A stretch of 64,000 nt of DNA from NCBI RefSeq assembly GCF_009914755.1, contig NC_060927.1; one strand, given 5' to 3'. The notes under the pieces were generated by a model. That model was not told the origin of the DNA. It searched no databases and saw nothing but the letters and a program-made list of their open reading frames with translations. Position numbers and translations under genes: made by a program. Positions within the stretch are counted from its first letter, which is position 1, and the number at the start of each line of letters is the position of its first letter. Source of the DNA: the human T2T-CHM13v2.0 reference genome, Homo sapiens. This document shows, one piece after another, positions 1-17,165 of the stretch.

Positions 1-445
1 TTACTTATATGTGGGAGCCTAAAAACAATTGAACTCATGGAGAGAGTAGAATGGTGGTTACCACAGGCTGGGAAGGATAGCAGGGAGGCAGGAATACAGC
101 GGAGATGGTTAGTGGGTACAAAAATTCAGGTAGAAAGAAGGAATAGGGTCAGGCATAGTGGCTTACACCTGTAATGTCAGCATTTTGGGAGCCTAAGGTG
201 GGAGGATTGCTTGAGGCCAGAAGTTCAAAACCAGCATGGACAACATAGTGAAATTCCATCTCTACAAAAAACTTTAAAAATTAGCTGGGGGTGATGGGCA
301 CGTCTGTAGTCACAGCTACTCAGGAGGTTGAGGCAGGAGGATCACTTGAGCCCAGGAGTTTGAGGTTTGAGGTTTTGAGATTGTAGTGGGCTATGATCAC
401 GCCACTGCACTCCAGCCTGGGGGAAAGATCAAGACCCTGTCTCTG

Positions 446-479
<34 letters not shown>

Positions 480-730
480 AGATACAAGGAATAAGATCTA
501 GTATTTGGTAGCACAGTAAAATGATTATAGCTAACAATAATTTATTACATATTTTAAGAAATTGATCATTTATTTTAAAATGAGGAAATGATCAATGCTA
601 AATGTTATGGATAGCCTAATTACCCTGATTTGATCATTACAAATTGTATACCTGTATCTGAACATTACATGTACTCCATAAATATATGCAACTATTATGT
701 ATCCATAATTAAATATAAACAATAAGAAAA
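1..730 (+). mobile_element. L1M (L1MA-like) 3' end, interrupted by an Alu
   Basis: L1 3'UTR motifs 'gaactcatggagagagtagaatggtggttacc' and 'taattaccctgatttgatcattac...catgtactccataaatatatgcaactattatgtatc'. Confidence 0.75.
147..477 (+). mobile_element. AluJ
   Basis: Dimeric Alu with J-type 'ggaggattgcttgag' and a long A tail. Confidence 0.9.
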
Positions 731-731
731 G

Positions 732-1042
<311 letters not shown>

Positions 1043-1233
1043 TTAATTAATAATAATAAAAAAGAAATCGAAAAGAAATAAAAGGTTATTTATAGATGCA
1101 ATGATATTATGATGCCTGGGATTTGCTTCAGGATAATCTATCTGGAAGAGAATAAACAGTGGTACAAGTGATACAACATTTGATACATGTTGATAACTGT
1201 TAAAGCTGGGTAATGGGTACAAAAACAAAAACC

Positions 1234-1545
1234 AGGCCAGGTGCAGTGTCTCACGCCTATAATCCCAGCACTTTGGGAGGCCGAAGCAGGGGGATCACCT
1301 GAGGTCAGGAGTTCGAGACCAGCCTGGCCAACATGGTGAAACCCCGTCTCTACTGAAAACACAAAAATTAGCCGGGTGTGGTGGTGTGCACTTTTAATCC
1401 CAGCTACTTCTGGAGGCTGAGGCAGGAGAATCGCTTGAACCTGGGAGGCAGGGGTTGTGAGCTGAGATTGCACCACTACACTCCAACCTGGGTGGCAGAG
1501 TGAGACTCCATCTCAAAAACAGCAACAACAACAACAACGACAAAA
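1234..1545 (+). mobile_element. AluS
   Basis: Full dimer with (CAA)n tail. Confidence 0.9.
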
Positions 1546-2334
1546 AGATCTGTGTTGTCTCAGGGGAAACAACATATGTATAAGAATCTGTTTGGATTCT
1601 GTGAATCAGGTGCCTGTGACCACCACCTTTTGATCAGCACCGAGTTTCAAATAACTTCCCAGGGAAATTTTAATATTTATTGGTGTGTGTTTATATTTGT
1701 AAATGTCTGTGTGTATGTGCTTTTTTGTGGTATATGGATAAGGACTGGAAGAAAATAATAGAAACCTAAAAATAACGGATGAATCAGGGTACTGGAATTA
1801 TGAATGAAATCACTTCTAATTTAAAAATGTGTTGTTACAATATTTGTGCAATGAATGAACATCATAAGGAAAAAAATGTGTCAGTGGAGAAAGGTAGACG
1901 AGGAAGAGGAAGTGGCATGAGCCAACTCTTTAGAAACAAGCAGACTTTCAGCTTTATAGGTTCAAAATACTCACAACACAAATGTTTTTGCATATAAGTT
2001 TATGAGCGTCCTGGGTTCCAATGCTATGGTTATCAGCTGCTTAGTTTCCCTGAACTTCAATCTCCTCATCATAAATGGAATCATAACACTGCTTTTACTT
2101 GTTTTACAAAGATGTAAAAGGAAGGTTTAAATGAGGTAATTATGTAAAAACAAATGTTATTTTAGGATTCTAAAACTGAGTTTTACAATTGCATTTGATA
2201 ATCAGAATTACCTTGACTTGCCATAGAATTTCCAAAGGTTCATAAGGGATTTCCCTTATGATAATGTTGGTTCTGTTATAGCTTATAGTGTTTAACTTGC
2301 GTCTTTCAGGGAATCAGGGAGAGCCATGGAAATT

Positions 2335-2560
2335 AAAGCATGGCCTTTGGAGTCGGGTATTATGTGTGTTTGGGAGGCCTTGGACAAGTTACTTAGGCTC
2401 ACTGAGCCTCAGTTTCCTGTTCTATAAAATGGGAATAAGAAAGATAAGTAAGATCTACTTTTCAGGGCTGCTAAAAAATTAGAAATAATGCATGTAAAAC
2501 ACCAAGCACAGAGTTAGCCACACAATAAGCTTTCAATCTATGGTGGCTGTTATTGTTATA
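2335..2560 (+). mobile_element. MIR
   Basis: Core 'ccttggacaagttacttaggctcactgagcctcagtttcctgttctataaaatgggaataa'. Confidence 0.75.
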
Positions 2561-3039
2561 AAAGGATTCATTTAAAAAATCTACTTCCTCTTTTTTCTCA
2601 GCTCCCAGTTTGTGTATGTAAACCCACAAGGACATACTGCTTAGCCGCTCCTGCCACACTGTTCTTCCATTCCTTGGGAAAATTTTCTAACCCTGCTCTA
2701 GGATCAAGGACAATACCATAGTCTTCTAAGGGATTCTGTTTGCTGATGAGTCTTTTCTGAGAAGCCACTTAACAAACACAGTCAAGACAAAGTTTAGTTT
2801 TACCAGCATCATGGAATGTGGCTATAAACTATCAGCCTGAAGATAAGGCTACGGAAAATCAAGGCCACGTACCAACCCATACCAGAACAACATATGCATA
2901 GTCAACAGATTTTTGTCAGCATATTATTCTTCTGGTTGTTTATTCAGAAAGATGTCTCAGGCACCAGTTATGCATTACCCAGAGTGAGGCCATCTCTTGG
3001 GACATGGAGCTGAGAGGCAGTGCCCACTGTGGTTACTTT

Positions 3040-3260
3040 CAGGGACTTGAGAGTTGGATGGACATAGGTTTGAATCCTAGCTCCACTGCTAACTAGCTGA
3101 GTGACCTTGTGCAAATTGACCAATCTTTCTGAAAATCAGTTTTCATGCATTTACTTTGGATAAAAACAAAGTGCTTCATAGAATTAATTGAGAAAATAAA
3201 TTAATGGAGCTAGGTCCGGCACATAATAATACTCAGAAAATGACAGTGGTGATCATTACT
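3040..3260 (+). mobile_element. MIR
   Basis: 'tttgaatcctagctccactgctaactagctgagtgaccttgtgcaaatt'. Confidence 0.75.
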
Positions 3261-3271
3261 AATAATAATGA

Positions 3272-3681
<410 letters not shown>

Positions 3682-4039
3682 TCACATACTTTTGCTGTGT
3701 TTCAGTATTAAAAAGGCAAAATTGATGAAGCCTACATGAAGAGAATAAGATCAGGGAAGTCTTCGAAGAGAAGTGGTTGACTCTCATCTTGAAAGATGGG
3801 TAGAAATTCTCCAAGAGGGAAAGGGAGAGGAATGGTTCAGGCAGAGGAGGAAGCACAAGGCAGGCACACAGGTATGGAAGTGTGAGGCTTGGGCAGGGAC
3901 ACTGCCTTATGTCTTGAGCATAGCACTGTCACATGGTGAGAATGGTGGGAGATGGGGTGGAAAGGTAGTGCGCTTCAGATTATAAATGGCTTTGTACACA
4001 CAAATGCCACTGGTGGTGGTTTTTGAGCCAAAGACAGAC

Positions 4040-4472
4040 AGTGCAGTTGTCCTGTACCTCTTCCATTGTCCTCTCAGAGTCACTGTTCATTCACCTCCAC
4101 CTGCTTGTGACCTAGAGGGACGACCTGTTGTAGACAACATCAATGAGCTTCTTTGGCCTTTGGCTTCCAGCAGGGTTTGGCCAATGAAGACAGAGGGAAG
4201 AAATCAAAAGGAGGGAGACTGAAATTAGGATATATATTCTCTTGACAGCACCTGTCAGGCAGCCCTTCCCACATGGCTCTGACTCCCTAGGATTGGGACT
4301 CACTCCCGCTCCTTGCAGCTTCTGACAGAGAGGTGGCAAATGTGCCTCACCAATACCAGCACCAAGGGATAGAACCATCTTCTTGATGTTTACAAATATT
4401 CCTTTTATGAACTTTCTCCAAACTACCCAATTTGAGGTGCCCAATGTTATGTGCCAGCCCCCTGATTGACGC
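4040..4472 (+). mobile_element. ERVL solo LTR (LTR33-like)
   Basis: 'ggtttggccaatg' internal motif and 3' end 'tctccaaactacccaatttgaggtgcc...cctgattgac'. Confidence 0.6.
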
Positions 4473-5264
4473 ATAACTTAAATAAATAATAAAATAAATG
4501 TGACTGTGGGGAGGGCTAAGGCAAAGAGACCTTAGCACAAGTGGCATAAGACACGAAGTTCCAGGGCATACGGTTTATATAAAAAACAATGGTCTGTTGA
4601 TTGCTTTGTGGCTGTTAGTCTGAAACCAGCTGGAGACCTGGCATGGCTTCTTGGAGAGTGTCCTCAGTTTGGTCTCAGAATGAGTCACTCATGAGAGGAT
4701 TGAAGGGCAACACTGTGAAATGCTGTTCCCCATCTTCATGGGTAGATTGGCCTCAAGGAGAAGGCCTTGAAATAATCTGTCTCATGTCAAGACAGTTATT
4801 CTTCTTAGGATGGCTGCCAGGGAATAGATGAAAGGCAGAAGTGGCGATGGGTGACTGATGTGGCACACTTATGAAGAAAAGCCTCTTTTTCCATGCTTGT
4901 TTTTCCTCCCCAAGGAGCCAACAGAGTTTCTATTCTCCAACTCTGCTCTTCACCTTACCCAAGGTATGTGGGAACTGGTTACTCTCTCTTCTTTCACTCC
5001 TGTCCATGGTGGGCTCTAAAAGAATGAGATGCAACCATTTACTTTTTATGGCTGTCCTCAGGGGGTTTGGATATTGAGCCTTAGTTTTAATTATATAATG
5101 AAAATGCATGTTTCTTATTGCAGGAGTTTTAGACAGCAGTGTAGAGGAGGGAGAGATGGGGTGAAGATGTAAGGGGAGAGAGGACTAAGTGACTTCCACT
5201 GAGCAGTAATTACAGTGGAGAGTAGAAGACCATTCTCAGACCTTAGAGGCATAGCTGGAAGCAT

Positions 5265-5520
5265 TTCATTCAATAATCATTTAGTATTGCGAGCTGTGTA
5301 TGCAGGGCACTGCTGGGATTTGGGTAAATATAAAGTGAAATGGAGGGGGGATAGTGTGGGAAGAGGGGTGAGACCCGTAGACAAATATGTGAGTAGATGA
5401 AGGAAGAGGCATGGGAGTGTAGAAGACAAAGAGATGAGATCATGTTGTGGGAACTGACCCTTTGAGACAGAATTTGAATTGGGTCTTGAAAGATGGGTAG
5501 ATATGGAAATGGCAGGGGAT
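5265..5520 (-). mobile_element. L2 fragment
   Basis: Starts 'ttcattcaataatcatttag'; 'gaatttgaattgggtcttgaaagatgggtagat' typical of antisense L2. Confidence 0.55.
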
Positions 5521-5801
5521 TTCTTGGTCCTGTTCCCCATCTTTACTGCCTCTCTTGCCCTGCCTTTCCAAAGCAATGAACCTGCTTCATTGTTTGTAGA
5601 GAACAATGTCAAATATTTGATAAATAAGTAGATACAATATAACAAGGACATTTCTCAGAGTGTATGTGGGATCTGAGACAAATCATAAATTTTGCAAAGG
5701 CTACCTTCATCACCTCAACCACACCAGCAGTACATAAATATTTACTTTTAATTAAAGAATTAATATATAACTAAATTTTGGTTGTAAAAAGAAAACTCAA
5801 A

Positions 5802-6104
<303 letters not shown>

Positions 6105-6376
6105 GAAAAATCAAATTTTATAGGCATAACAGAAGTTCCCTTTGAAACCACCACACCCAAGCCCATATTTACCTCTTAAAATACATTGTTCTGTGTGTGA
6201 GCCTGTGGCTACATAATGGTATCATACTGTGGGTTCACCTGTAGTCTCTGTTGATCACTCAATATATTTTGGGGCTCATTTTGAGTTGCTTCACACAAAT
6301 GTACCTGCATTGTCTTAAATTCTTGTCTAGTATTTGTGGAGATAGTTTTGGAAACACTTTCCTTAACTGTTTCTGA

Positions 6377-6814
<438 letters not shown>

Positions 6815-7419
6815 AAGAAATTATTTTCTGTCAATATCCTAGATGATTTTTATTATTCAGCAAGTCTGGAAACATTATCATGGTTTTTTGAATTATTTCC
6901 ATATTAAAGATAATTTAAGTAGTTTAAATTTTTTATATTACAAACAATGCTACAATACGTATCCTTGTACATTCTTCCTAGTGCACATCTGAGGTCAATG
7001 CCAAGAAATAGAATTGATTGGTCATGTGGTGTGTGCATTTGGTATTATATTAATACTGAAAAATTGCCTCCTGATGGGGATGTGCCAATGTGTGGGACCA
7101 TCACTGTCTCATCAACATTTGTTCTTCTTATATTAAAAAGATAAATCATGTCCACTCTTTCATCACTTCCTAACATCAAGTTTTACCAGAACTCATAATT
7201 ACACCCTGCCTTTCCCAATCTAGTCTTTATTATTCTAGTTAAGGGAATTAAAACTCACCCAGAAATTCGTGCCAGAAATCTAAGAGGCTTCCAAGACTCT
7301 TCTTACTTCTCACTCCCCAGCACTAATTGATGGCAAACTTGAGCAATTCTACTACTTAATGACTCCTGCATGTATTGTCACTACCTAATTCAATTCTGTC
7401 TTTTTTCTTTTTTAAATTT

Positions 7420-7730
<311 letters not shown>

Positions 7731-7976
7731 TATTTTTTTTCTTCGTTTCAGACAATGTAATAAACCCCTGCATGGGTCTTCCTGCTCTTCCTTCCATTCC
7801 TTCCTAAAATTCGCACATGTGAATTATATATAATTATATCAGCTCATTATTACAACTCTCCAATGAATACCAACTGCCATTAGAATCAACTTTAAAGTAT
7901 CTGCAAAGATTATAAACTCAACTACCTATTGCTTAATTCTTATCAAACTCTTGTTTGATAGAAATGTTATTTATGA

Positions 7977-8322
<346 letters not shown>

Positions 8323-8674
8323 CTATTCTAGATTTTACTCATTGAAAAATCATACCAAATACTTGATCAATGTTATTGTGGTTCTCTGTAGACTTGCTTT
8401 CCATGAGTTATTACTTGCTTTATATGTCATGTCCAAGTTTTCCTTCTGAGAAACACTGCAAAAAAGTATTTCTAGATTTGCAATATCTGGAACAGTGCTT
8501 TGTTTACATAAATATTGTCATATATTTGTATATACACCTACACACACATACATCAAATTGAAACTATGGGGAAAAAGTCAAACTTAAACATCTGTCCCAT
8601 GTTTTTTCTGGTTTATTTTTATCTACTATACATTATGTAACCCCAGACCTACTTACTTTTCCTTGCATGAACTA

Positions 8675-8676
<2 letters not shown>

Positions 8677-8705
<29 letters not shown>
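8677..8705. repeat. Poly(T)29, not attached to an Alu body
   Basis: Direct read. Confidence 0.9.
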
Positions 8706-8710
<5 letters not shown>

Positions 8711-8719
8711 TTCTGTGCT

Positions 8720-9018
8720 CTATCTCCTGCCTGGACTCCTTTTCCTATTCACCTTTTATTAAGCTGAGAAACTCTAACTCAGCCAGAAGACCAATTCAGA
8801 GTCAGTCCAGGCAAGCTGGAGTTGCTCCTTCCTCTATGTTCCCATAGCACACCGCATATCAATCTTTGCAGTTATTTGTTTATGTGTCCACCCCCTCCTC
8901 TAGATTGTGTACTTTTCTAAGTAGGACATACGTGTTCTTCAACTTTGTATCCCTTGTATCACCTAATAGAAAACGTGGAATCTCACATAGTAGTTGTTTA
9001 ATAAATATTTGTTGAAAA
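8720..9018 (+). mobile_element. L2 3' end
   Basis: 'cacatagtagttgtttaataaatatttgttgaa' terminus. Confidence 0.7.
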
Positions 9019-9379
9019 CATGTATATATAGCTGGAGGTATTTTGGGTATGAGCAGAGGCAACTTCTTTTACTTTCCTTTTAGTCATTGCAGTCACCTGG
9101 AGTCACGGAAATGACCATGATTGCCTGAACTTTCATGACTTCTGTGGATAACTGTGGTTGCAGAAAAGAGAAAACCTGGACCGTGAGGGACATTTCACTC
9201 CCTGGGCTTTGGTACATGGTACATGTGTGGTTGGATGTGTGTTGCCAGAAAACAGCCTGCCATGTCTGAGGCTATGCTCCCAGACTAGCAGCCTGGGTTA
9301 CAGGGGAAGAGCTGAAGTTGGGTTGGGGAAGTTTAATATACTATACTTTTAAAATTTTTTTACTTTTGGCTAATATTTA

Positions 9380-9520
9380 TCTATTTATTTATTTTTATTT
9401 TTTGTAGAGACAGGGTTTTGCCATGTTGCCCTGGCTGGTCTCAAACTACTGAGCTTGAGAATCTGCTTGTCTTGGCCTCCCAAAGAGCTAGGATTACAGG
9501 CATGAGCCATCGAGCCTGGC
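9380..9520 (-). mobile_element. FLAM / Alu left monomer
   Basis: Antisense single monomer with T-rich tail. Confidence 0.8.
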
Positions 9521-9580
9521 TCCTTTTATTCTTTTCATGACACTACCTCTTCCTAGGAGAGGCTTAAAAAACCTTGAATA

Positions 9581-9610
9581 GTTCTCGCTTCGGCAGCATA
9601 TATACTAAAA
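9581..9610 (+). pseudogene. RNU6: U6 snRNA retrocopy, 5' 30 nt only
   Basis: gttctcgcttcggcagcatatatactaaaa vs U6 nt 1-30 gtgctcgcttcggcagcacatatactaaaa (28/30). Confidence 0.85.
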
Positions 9611-9911
9611 AACCTCCCAAAAGTGCTGGGATTACTGTGCCCAGCCAAAATATCTTAATATATATTTTGAAAAAGAAGGCAAAATTTTAAAAAACAAATA
9701 AAGCAAACAAAGGACCCATCACAACCAATACAATAAAAAGAGGAATGATTGTGTGTAGAAAGAAGGAAATCATCATTAGATGTCCCATGGGTATGGTCAA
9801 AAGCAGAATGAAACTAGTAATTTTGACTGGACATGTGTCTTCACATTTGGAAGGGACGGGGAGAGAAAAGGAAAGCAAGAATGGCATCTGCTGACTGGAA
9901 AGGCCTCACTC

Positions 9912-10055
9912 TTTTTTTTTTTTTTTTGAGACAGTGTCTTGCTCTGTCACCCAGGCTGGAGTGCAATGGCGTGATCTCGGCTCACTGCAACCTCTCCCTC
10001 GGCCTCCCAAAGTGCTGGGATTACAGGCGTGAGCCACCATGCCCTGTCCCAGGCC
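9912..10055 (-). mobile_element. Alu with internal inter-monomer deletion
   Basis: 'gcaacctctcc|ctcggcctcccaaagtg' junction; flanks cctcactctt / cctcgctctt. Confidence 0.85.
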
Positions 10056-10353
10056 TCGCTCTTGACTCTTGGTTATGGCTCCCCAGGAGGGCTTAGTTAA
10101 CCTCCAGAAAGTTTCATTAAGGGATTCTCTTTTAGGATAACTGTGGATTTCTTTCTTGAAATATAAGTACATGTGTCAAAACTCAACATGTAATTGTTTC
10201 TTAAAGGTTAGTTGCAAAACAGCATTGCAAATTATTTTAATGAACTTTTCACATACTGTAATATCAAAATTCGATGGCCTGTCTTGCATGTTGAATGAGT
10301 CTACCCGTACATGATTTTGTACATTATATATTCTTAGTTTAGAAAATGTGGGT

Positions 10354-10602
10354 ACACATGTTCTCACTCATAGGTGGGAATTGAACAAAGAGAACACATG
10401 GACACAGGAAGGGGAACATCACACACCGGGGACTGTTGTGGGGTGGGGGGAGGGGGGAGGGATGGCATTAGGAGATATACGTAATGCTAAATGACGAGTT
10501 AATGGGTGCAGCACACCAACATGGCACATGTATATATATGTAACAAACCTGCACGTTGTGCACATGTACCCTAAAACTTAAAGTATAATAATAATAAAAA
10601 AA
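10354..10602 (+). mobile_element. 5'-truncated young L1PA (PA2-PA4-like) 3'UTR with 13-bp TSD
   Basis: 'catgttctcactcataggtgggaattgaac...gctaaatgacgagttaatgggtgcagcacacc...ccctaaaacttaaagtataat'; TSD agaaaatgtgggt at 10341-10353 and 10603-10615. Confidence 0.93.
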
Positions 10603-10784
10603 AGAAAATGTGGGTTCAATGATTTCTGATGATCTTTTCATCATTGACCTAATATAAAAAAATCACGTACATCAGTATCACCACTGATCTCTTGAAAAAA
10701 TCATTAAGTATTGTGAATCTATCAGTCTCATCACAGCAGATAAAAATCTCTAGCATTCTACTTTTCACTTAAAAGCATAGATTA

Positions 10785-11113
<329 letters not shown>

Positions 11114-12360
11114 TCACTGGCAACAGATATGCCTAATACTTAAGTGTGAATAACCTCTTCCTTGTTTTTTTTCCAAATATGCATCTGTGTAAGAATGGAT
11201 TTTCTCCATATACTTAGCCACAACATAGAACAACAAATTAAATACAAAAGCAAATATGAGAATCCAGCTATTATATCAGACATTAGAGATATTTGAAAAA
11301 ATGCAGAACAATGCCATTCTTCTCAATATATATTTTGTTTTAGAAAATACAGCTCTTTCATTAAATATAATTTATTTATAATATTTAAAAAAGGGATTCT
11401 CTTGTTTTCTATATAAAGATTTTTAATTTGGGATTCTTCTCAATTTTTGAGCCTGAGTTTCTGTTTCTGATTGAGTTAGTGCCAAGTTGTGTTATTTCAC
11501 TTTATTGGACTAACGAGAAAAGATTATTGGTAGATCTGACATGTAAGAGACATGCTAGAACCATGCAAAGGCCAAGGAGATATGCAGCTATCTTTGAAAG
11601 AAGGCTTTACAGAAAATCAGTGAGAAATTGGGTCATCAACCAGCACCAAGTAACCTGGGCACAGAGACCCATGAGAACGTGCTATAGCATGCACTCCTGA
11701 AGAGCTGTAATTTGGTTTCAGCGAAATGTTACCAACTGTCACATTAAATTAGTGTTCATTTGAATTTTACTGGTCTTGTTATTTGTTTTGTGTTTATATT
11801 TATTTTGACTGTATTTATTAATTTAGGCTTTTCCAAGTTCTATGTATTTAAGAAATTAATAAATAATTAAATAACATTATAATAAAAATTGTCTAAGTCA
11901 ACATTAGACCCCTAAGAGTCTGGTGGGGTTTTTTGTTGTTGTTTCTCCTTTAAAAGGAGTCTATACCTTGTTCAAGATTGAGAAGCATTGATCTAAAGCC
12001 TCCCACCTCAAACAATTGGGCAATTGGTGTAATTAGAACTCTGCTGCAACAGCAGAAACACTTTGGCTTGTAGGCTCCCACAATGGCCAAGTAAGCCTTG
12101 GCCATTTGAAATGGAAACTGACATTAATTGTCCAATATTGGCAAAAGGCCTTACACATTAAACCTCATTTAATCCTCACAACTGCCATTGTCCCAATTTA
12201 ACAGATGGAAACAAGCAGGCTCCGAGAGGTTAAGGAATTTACACAAGGTCCGATCCAGGTTACTGCTGCAGTGAGATTCTAACCTAAATATGTAGAGCTC
12301 CAAAAGCCAGCCACTCACTCCTTTTTACACTTTTTAGATTTTTTTTTTATGCTTGCATCA

Positions 12361-12682
<322 letters not shown>

Positions 12683-12699
12683 AGGTTCCACAAGGTTGA

Positions 12700-14190
12700 T
12701 GAGGAAAAGCAGTGATTCTCTACCTCCCTGTCTCCTGCATCCCCCTCTCCAGAGGCAATTGCTGTCATGTATCTGTGTGTGCTTTTCATGTTTGCTTTTA
12801 TGTTTCTATATAACATGTCTATATTGCTAACTTCTTCATTTTTCAGTTTTAGGTGCCAAAAAATAACTTCCCACTGCAGAAGAGGAGGTTAATTCTCTTT
12901 CTCCCTGCCTCTCCCACACCCCTGTCCATACCACACTCCCTGTCCCCCTCTCCTTCCAACATTCTTATGTCATAATTTTTGCCTGGTCAGCATTAGGGTT
13001 TACATCACAATGATTCTTCACAGCTGAGTCATACTGTAAACCATGACATTGCTTTTTCTTTCTTATACAACTTTTGTTTCCCTGATAATTATTTTATTTT
13101 TTCCTTTTGCTTTGTTTTTCTTTTCTGGGTTTTATTTTAATCATTAGTTCAATGTGTGCTCTTTGGTATTTGTATTCTCTTAGGATGTTCAGACACATCA
13201 CATAGTCTCCCAATTTTATCTCCCTGAAGATTCTCTCCTGGAGCTTTATGATGTGTCCCACCTTGGACTAGCTGCTCTCAGAGATTCCCTTCACTATCGC
13301 TCTGGAATTTCCCTTTAACAGTCCCTGTGTGAATTCTGCTTCCTGTATCCATTGCTTCCTCTTTCTGGTTTACTGACAACATTCTAATAGCTTTCTGAGA
13401 AAGGGAAGAAGACAAGTAAATGTTTTGAAAACTTGTAATTCCCAAAATGTCTTTTTTTTCCCTACCATCATACATGATAAAAGTTTTGTTAGATATAAAG
13501 TTCCGTGTTAGTAATCATTTTCCTTTAGAATTTTGAGGACATTATTCTTTTGCTTTCTAACTTCCAGTGTTGTTATTAAAAAGTCTGGATATCTTTTGTT
13601 GTGACTTTTTTTTCTTTCTCTGGAAGCTTGTAAGACCTTTTCATCTCCATGATATTATATTTTTCTATGATATGCCTTAGTCTGGGTTTGTTTTCATCCT
13701 TTTTGTTGGATACCCAGTAAATCCTTTTGAATCTGAAAACTCATATCCTCTGGACTAGGTATAATTTTAAAATTATTTCCTTGTAAGTTTCTATTTTATT
13801 TATATTTATTTAGTTTTTGGAACTCCTGTTCTTTGGATATCATATCTTCAGGGTTGTCTTTTAATTTTACCTTTGCTTTTCTATTTTCTAACTCTTTGTC
13901 TTTTTGCTTTACTTTCAGGACTAGTTTTATTGTCCAGTCTTCTATTGCCTTTTTCATATTTTTTAATTTCCAATAATTCCTTTTTGTTTTCTAAATGTTC
14001 ATTAAAAATAATATTTTGTCCTTGTTTCATAACTGCAATATTTTACCTGATGGTATTCAAATATTTTGGGTTTTTATTTTTATTGTATAATCTTTGTTTC
14101 ACTCAAGTTGCTTTCTTCTATTCATTTGATTCACTTACTGTTTTAATGTTAAAGGCCTTTTTTTTTTTTCAGCCTTGGTTGTTTACTTGT
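12700..14190 (-). mobile_element. Ancient L1M/HAL1-like fragment
   Basis: T-rich; 'ttttcctttagaattttgagg...ttccagtgttgttattaaaaagtctg' typical of antisense old L1 5'/ORF1 region. Confidence 0.55.
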
Positions 14191-14198
14191 ATCTAAGA

Positions 14199-14310
14199 CA
14201 GAGGTGTCCAATATTTTGGCTTCCCTGGGCCACAATGGAAGAAGAATAGTCTTGGGCCACACATAAAATACACTAATGCTAACAATAGCTGATGAGCTAA
14301 AAAATAAAAA
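14199..14310 (+). mobile_element. MER30 (hAT-Charlie), left half only
   Basis: 'ggtgtccaatattttggcttccctgggccac...ttgggccacacataaaatacactaa...tagctgatgagctaaaa'. Confidence 0.85.
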
Positions 14311-14319
14311 TAAAAATAC

Positions 14320-14841
<522 letters not shown>

Positions 14842-16100
14842 CTGTGAGAGAGAGAAAAAAAAGAATTAATTTTTTTATCAGAAGGTAATAGGATGAAGCC
14901 TTGCTAACTCAATTCCATTACTCTGTAGAATTAACTTCCGCAGGTCAGATGCTGCTTGCATTGACTACAAGCCAAATAGGGTCAACACAGATTGGGCGTA
15001 AAATACATGAACATTTCCTGATACAAGAGAATGCAGGTTTAGACTTCCTTTTTTAGCTTTTCTTTTTCTCTACATTTGTCTACACCCCTCCAAAAAGACC
15101 CACCAAACACCTGTCTTGCTAATGTGCTAGTAGAAAAACTCACTAAAAGAGATACTCCAGGTTAAATATCCTTCTATGTATTAGTTGCACAAAACACGAC
15201 TACCCATTTTTGAGATTTTGGCAAATTGTGTTTTCCAACCAGGGCTACTGGGACCTGTTCCTCCTCATGCTTTGCTTCTGCTCTTCACTAAAGTTATTTA
15301 TTCTTTAAGCAATTGTGTACTGCCTTCTTTTTATAGATAATTAGATCTGTCAGGTATGTCCCCCATTGAGAATGAGGTTCATCATAAATAAGTTTATTAA
15401 TCTCAAGGAATAAGAGAATGGTTGCATTTACTAAGAGTCTCAAAAGCACACTGTTCAAAATGCAAACTGTTTAAAATGACTGTGATGGTGGTTAGCACAG
15501 TGTCACGTACGGTGTGAATACCACAGCGTGTTATGTTCTGGAGACAATTGGCGAGGGAATTTGTCAGTCTCCTCATCTTAGAACATTCTTTGGGCCTCCA
15601 ACTTTCTTCTTTTCCACATTTTTCTTTCTCTTGCCTTTTCCTTCTTGATCACCTATGCTCTTGATCAGGCAAAAATGAGGAGTCATCGGGGATACAATTG
15701 CTGATACTAAATCTAGCATTGTTTTGAAGTGTGGCCTGACTCAGCTGTGGGAATTACAGTTTGTATCATGGAAACAGAGTGATAAGAAGTCAAAGGTCCT
15801 GGGTTCTAATTCTGGCCTTAACATTTCTTATCCTTTTCACTTTGGGCATGTCTGTTGTGGCATGGGGAAACATGCCCAGACTTTGCAGTCAGATAGACTG
15901 AATTTGGATCCTAGGTCATACTTTCTACCTGAGTGGTACCTGTGGAGAGTTGTCAGTACAATGAAAACATCCTTTGCTTTGTCAACATGACTTCTTCTTG
16001 CCATCGGCCTACTTCTTCTCTCTGTCTGAGTGTTAAGAAGGTAGAGTTAGAGAAGCACTTTGTCCTTTTGCCTGTCCTTTTTCATCCTTCTTTTTCCTAA

Positions 16101-16441
<341 letters not shown>

Positions 16442-16954
16442 AGCACCTCTCTTTTTGACTGTGCATGCAGCATGGACAGCCACCCCTGTCCTTGGCTACC
16501 GAGCCTTTTCCCCATTGCCTAGGTTGGACCACCCCCACTTTCTCTCCCAGGGCTTTCTTCTCCCAGGCCAAATGATTCCAGTGCTAATTGTGGGACAATT
16601 ATCCCAGCTCTAAATGAAAGAATAAATAGAATGTTAAGGAGAAGAAATGGTGGAGTGGTGGCACTGGCAGTGACTAAGCAGGAAAGGACAAGAAAAAGAC
16701 AGTAGCAGAGAGGCAGTGGTGAAGACAAAGCTTCCACCAGTACATATGGAAAAGTTAAAGAGTCTGAAACTTTTCATAAAATGTATTTAATTATTTTACT
16801 CTGAGATTATGGCCTCTCAACAGTTTTTGTGTTAGCATGTTCTTTCTTTTATGAGTTGATGGTAATACAATAAAGAGTTAGTAAGTTGGTTTGTAATGTG
16901 ATTATCATTAGTTTTAATGACATTGTAGTGGTCTGGGAAATCTCAATGGCTGCC

Positions 16955-17165
16955 CGAGAGGTTAAGAACCCTTATTGGCTTTGGAGTCAGAATCTAGGCT
17001 TAAACACTACTTTGTGTCTTTGGGCAAGTTACTTAAACTTCTGGGTCTTAATTTCCTCATCTGAAAATAATAATGCATGCCTCATAGAGATTAAAGAAGA
17101 TAATGAAAGGCACATGCTTAGTAGAAGGTTGAGAACACAGAACTCAATAACGTTAGCTTTTATTT
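16955..17165 (+). mobile_element. MIR
   Basis: 'ctttggagtcagaatct...tgggcaagttacttaaacttctgggtcttaatttcctcatctgaaaat'. Confidence 0.75.

Noticed and set aside
11428-11700. 90-aa ORF in non-Alu sequence
   Set aside because: Non-ATG start, no recognisable domain or convincing splice sites, and adjacent to a DNA-transposon remnant.
14944-15036. Plus-strand exon-like open segment after ttccgcag
   Set aside because: The donor (CAG|gtttag) is poor and the peptide is unrecognised.
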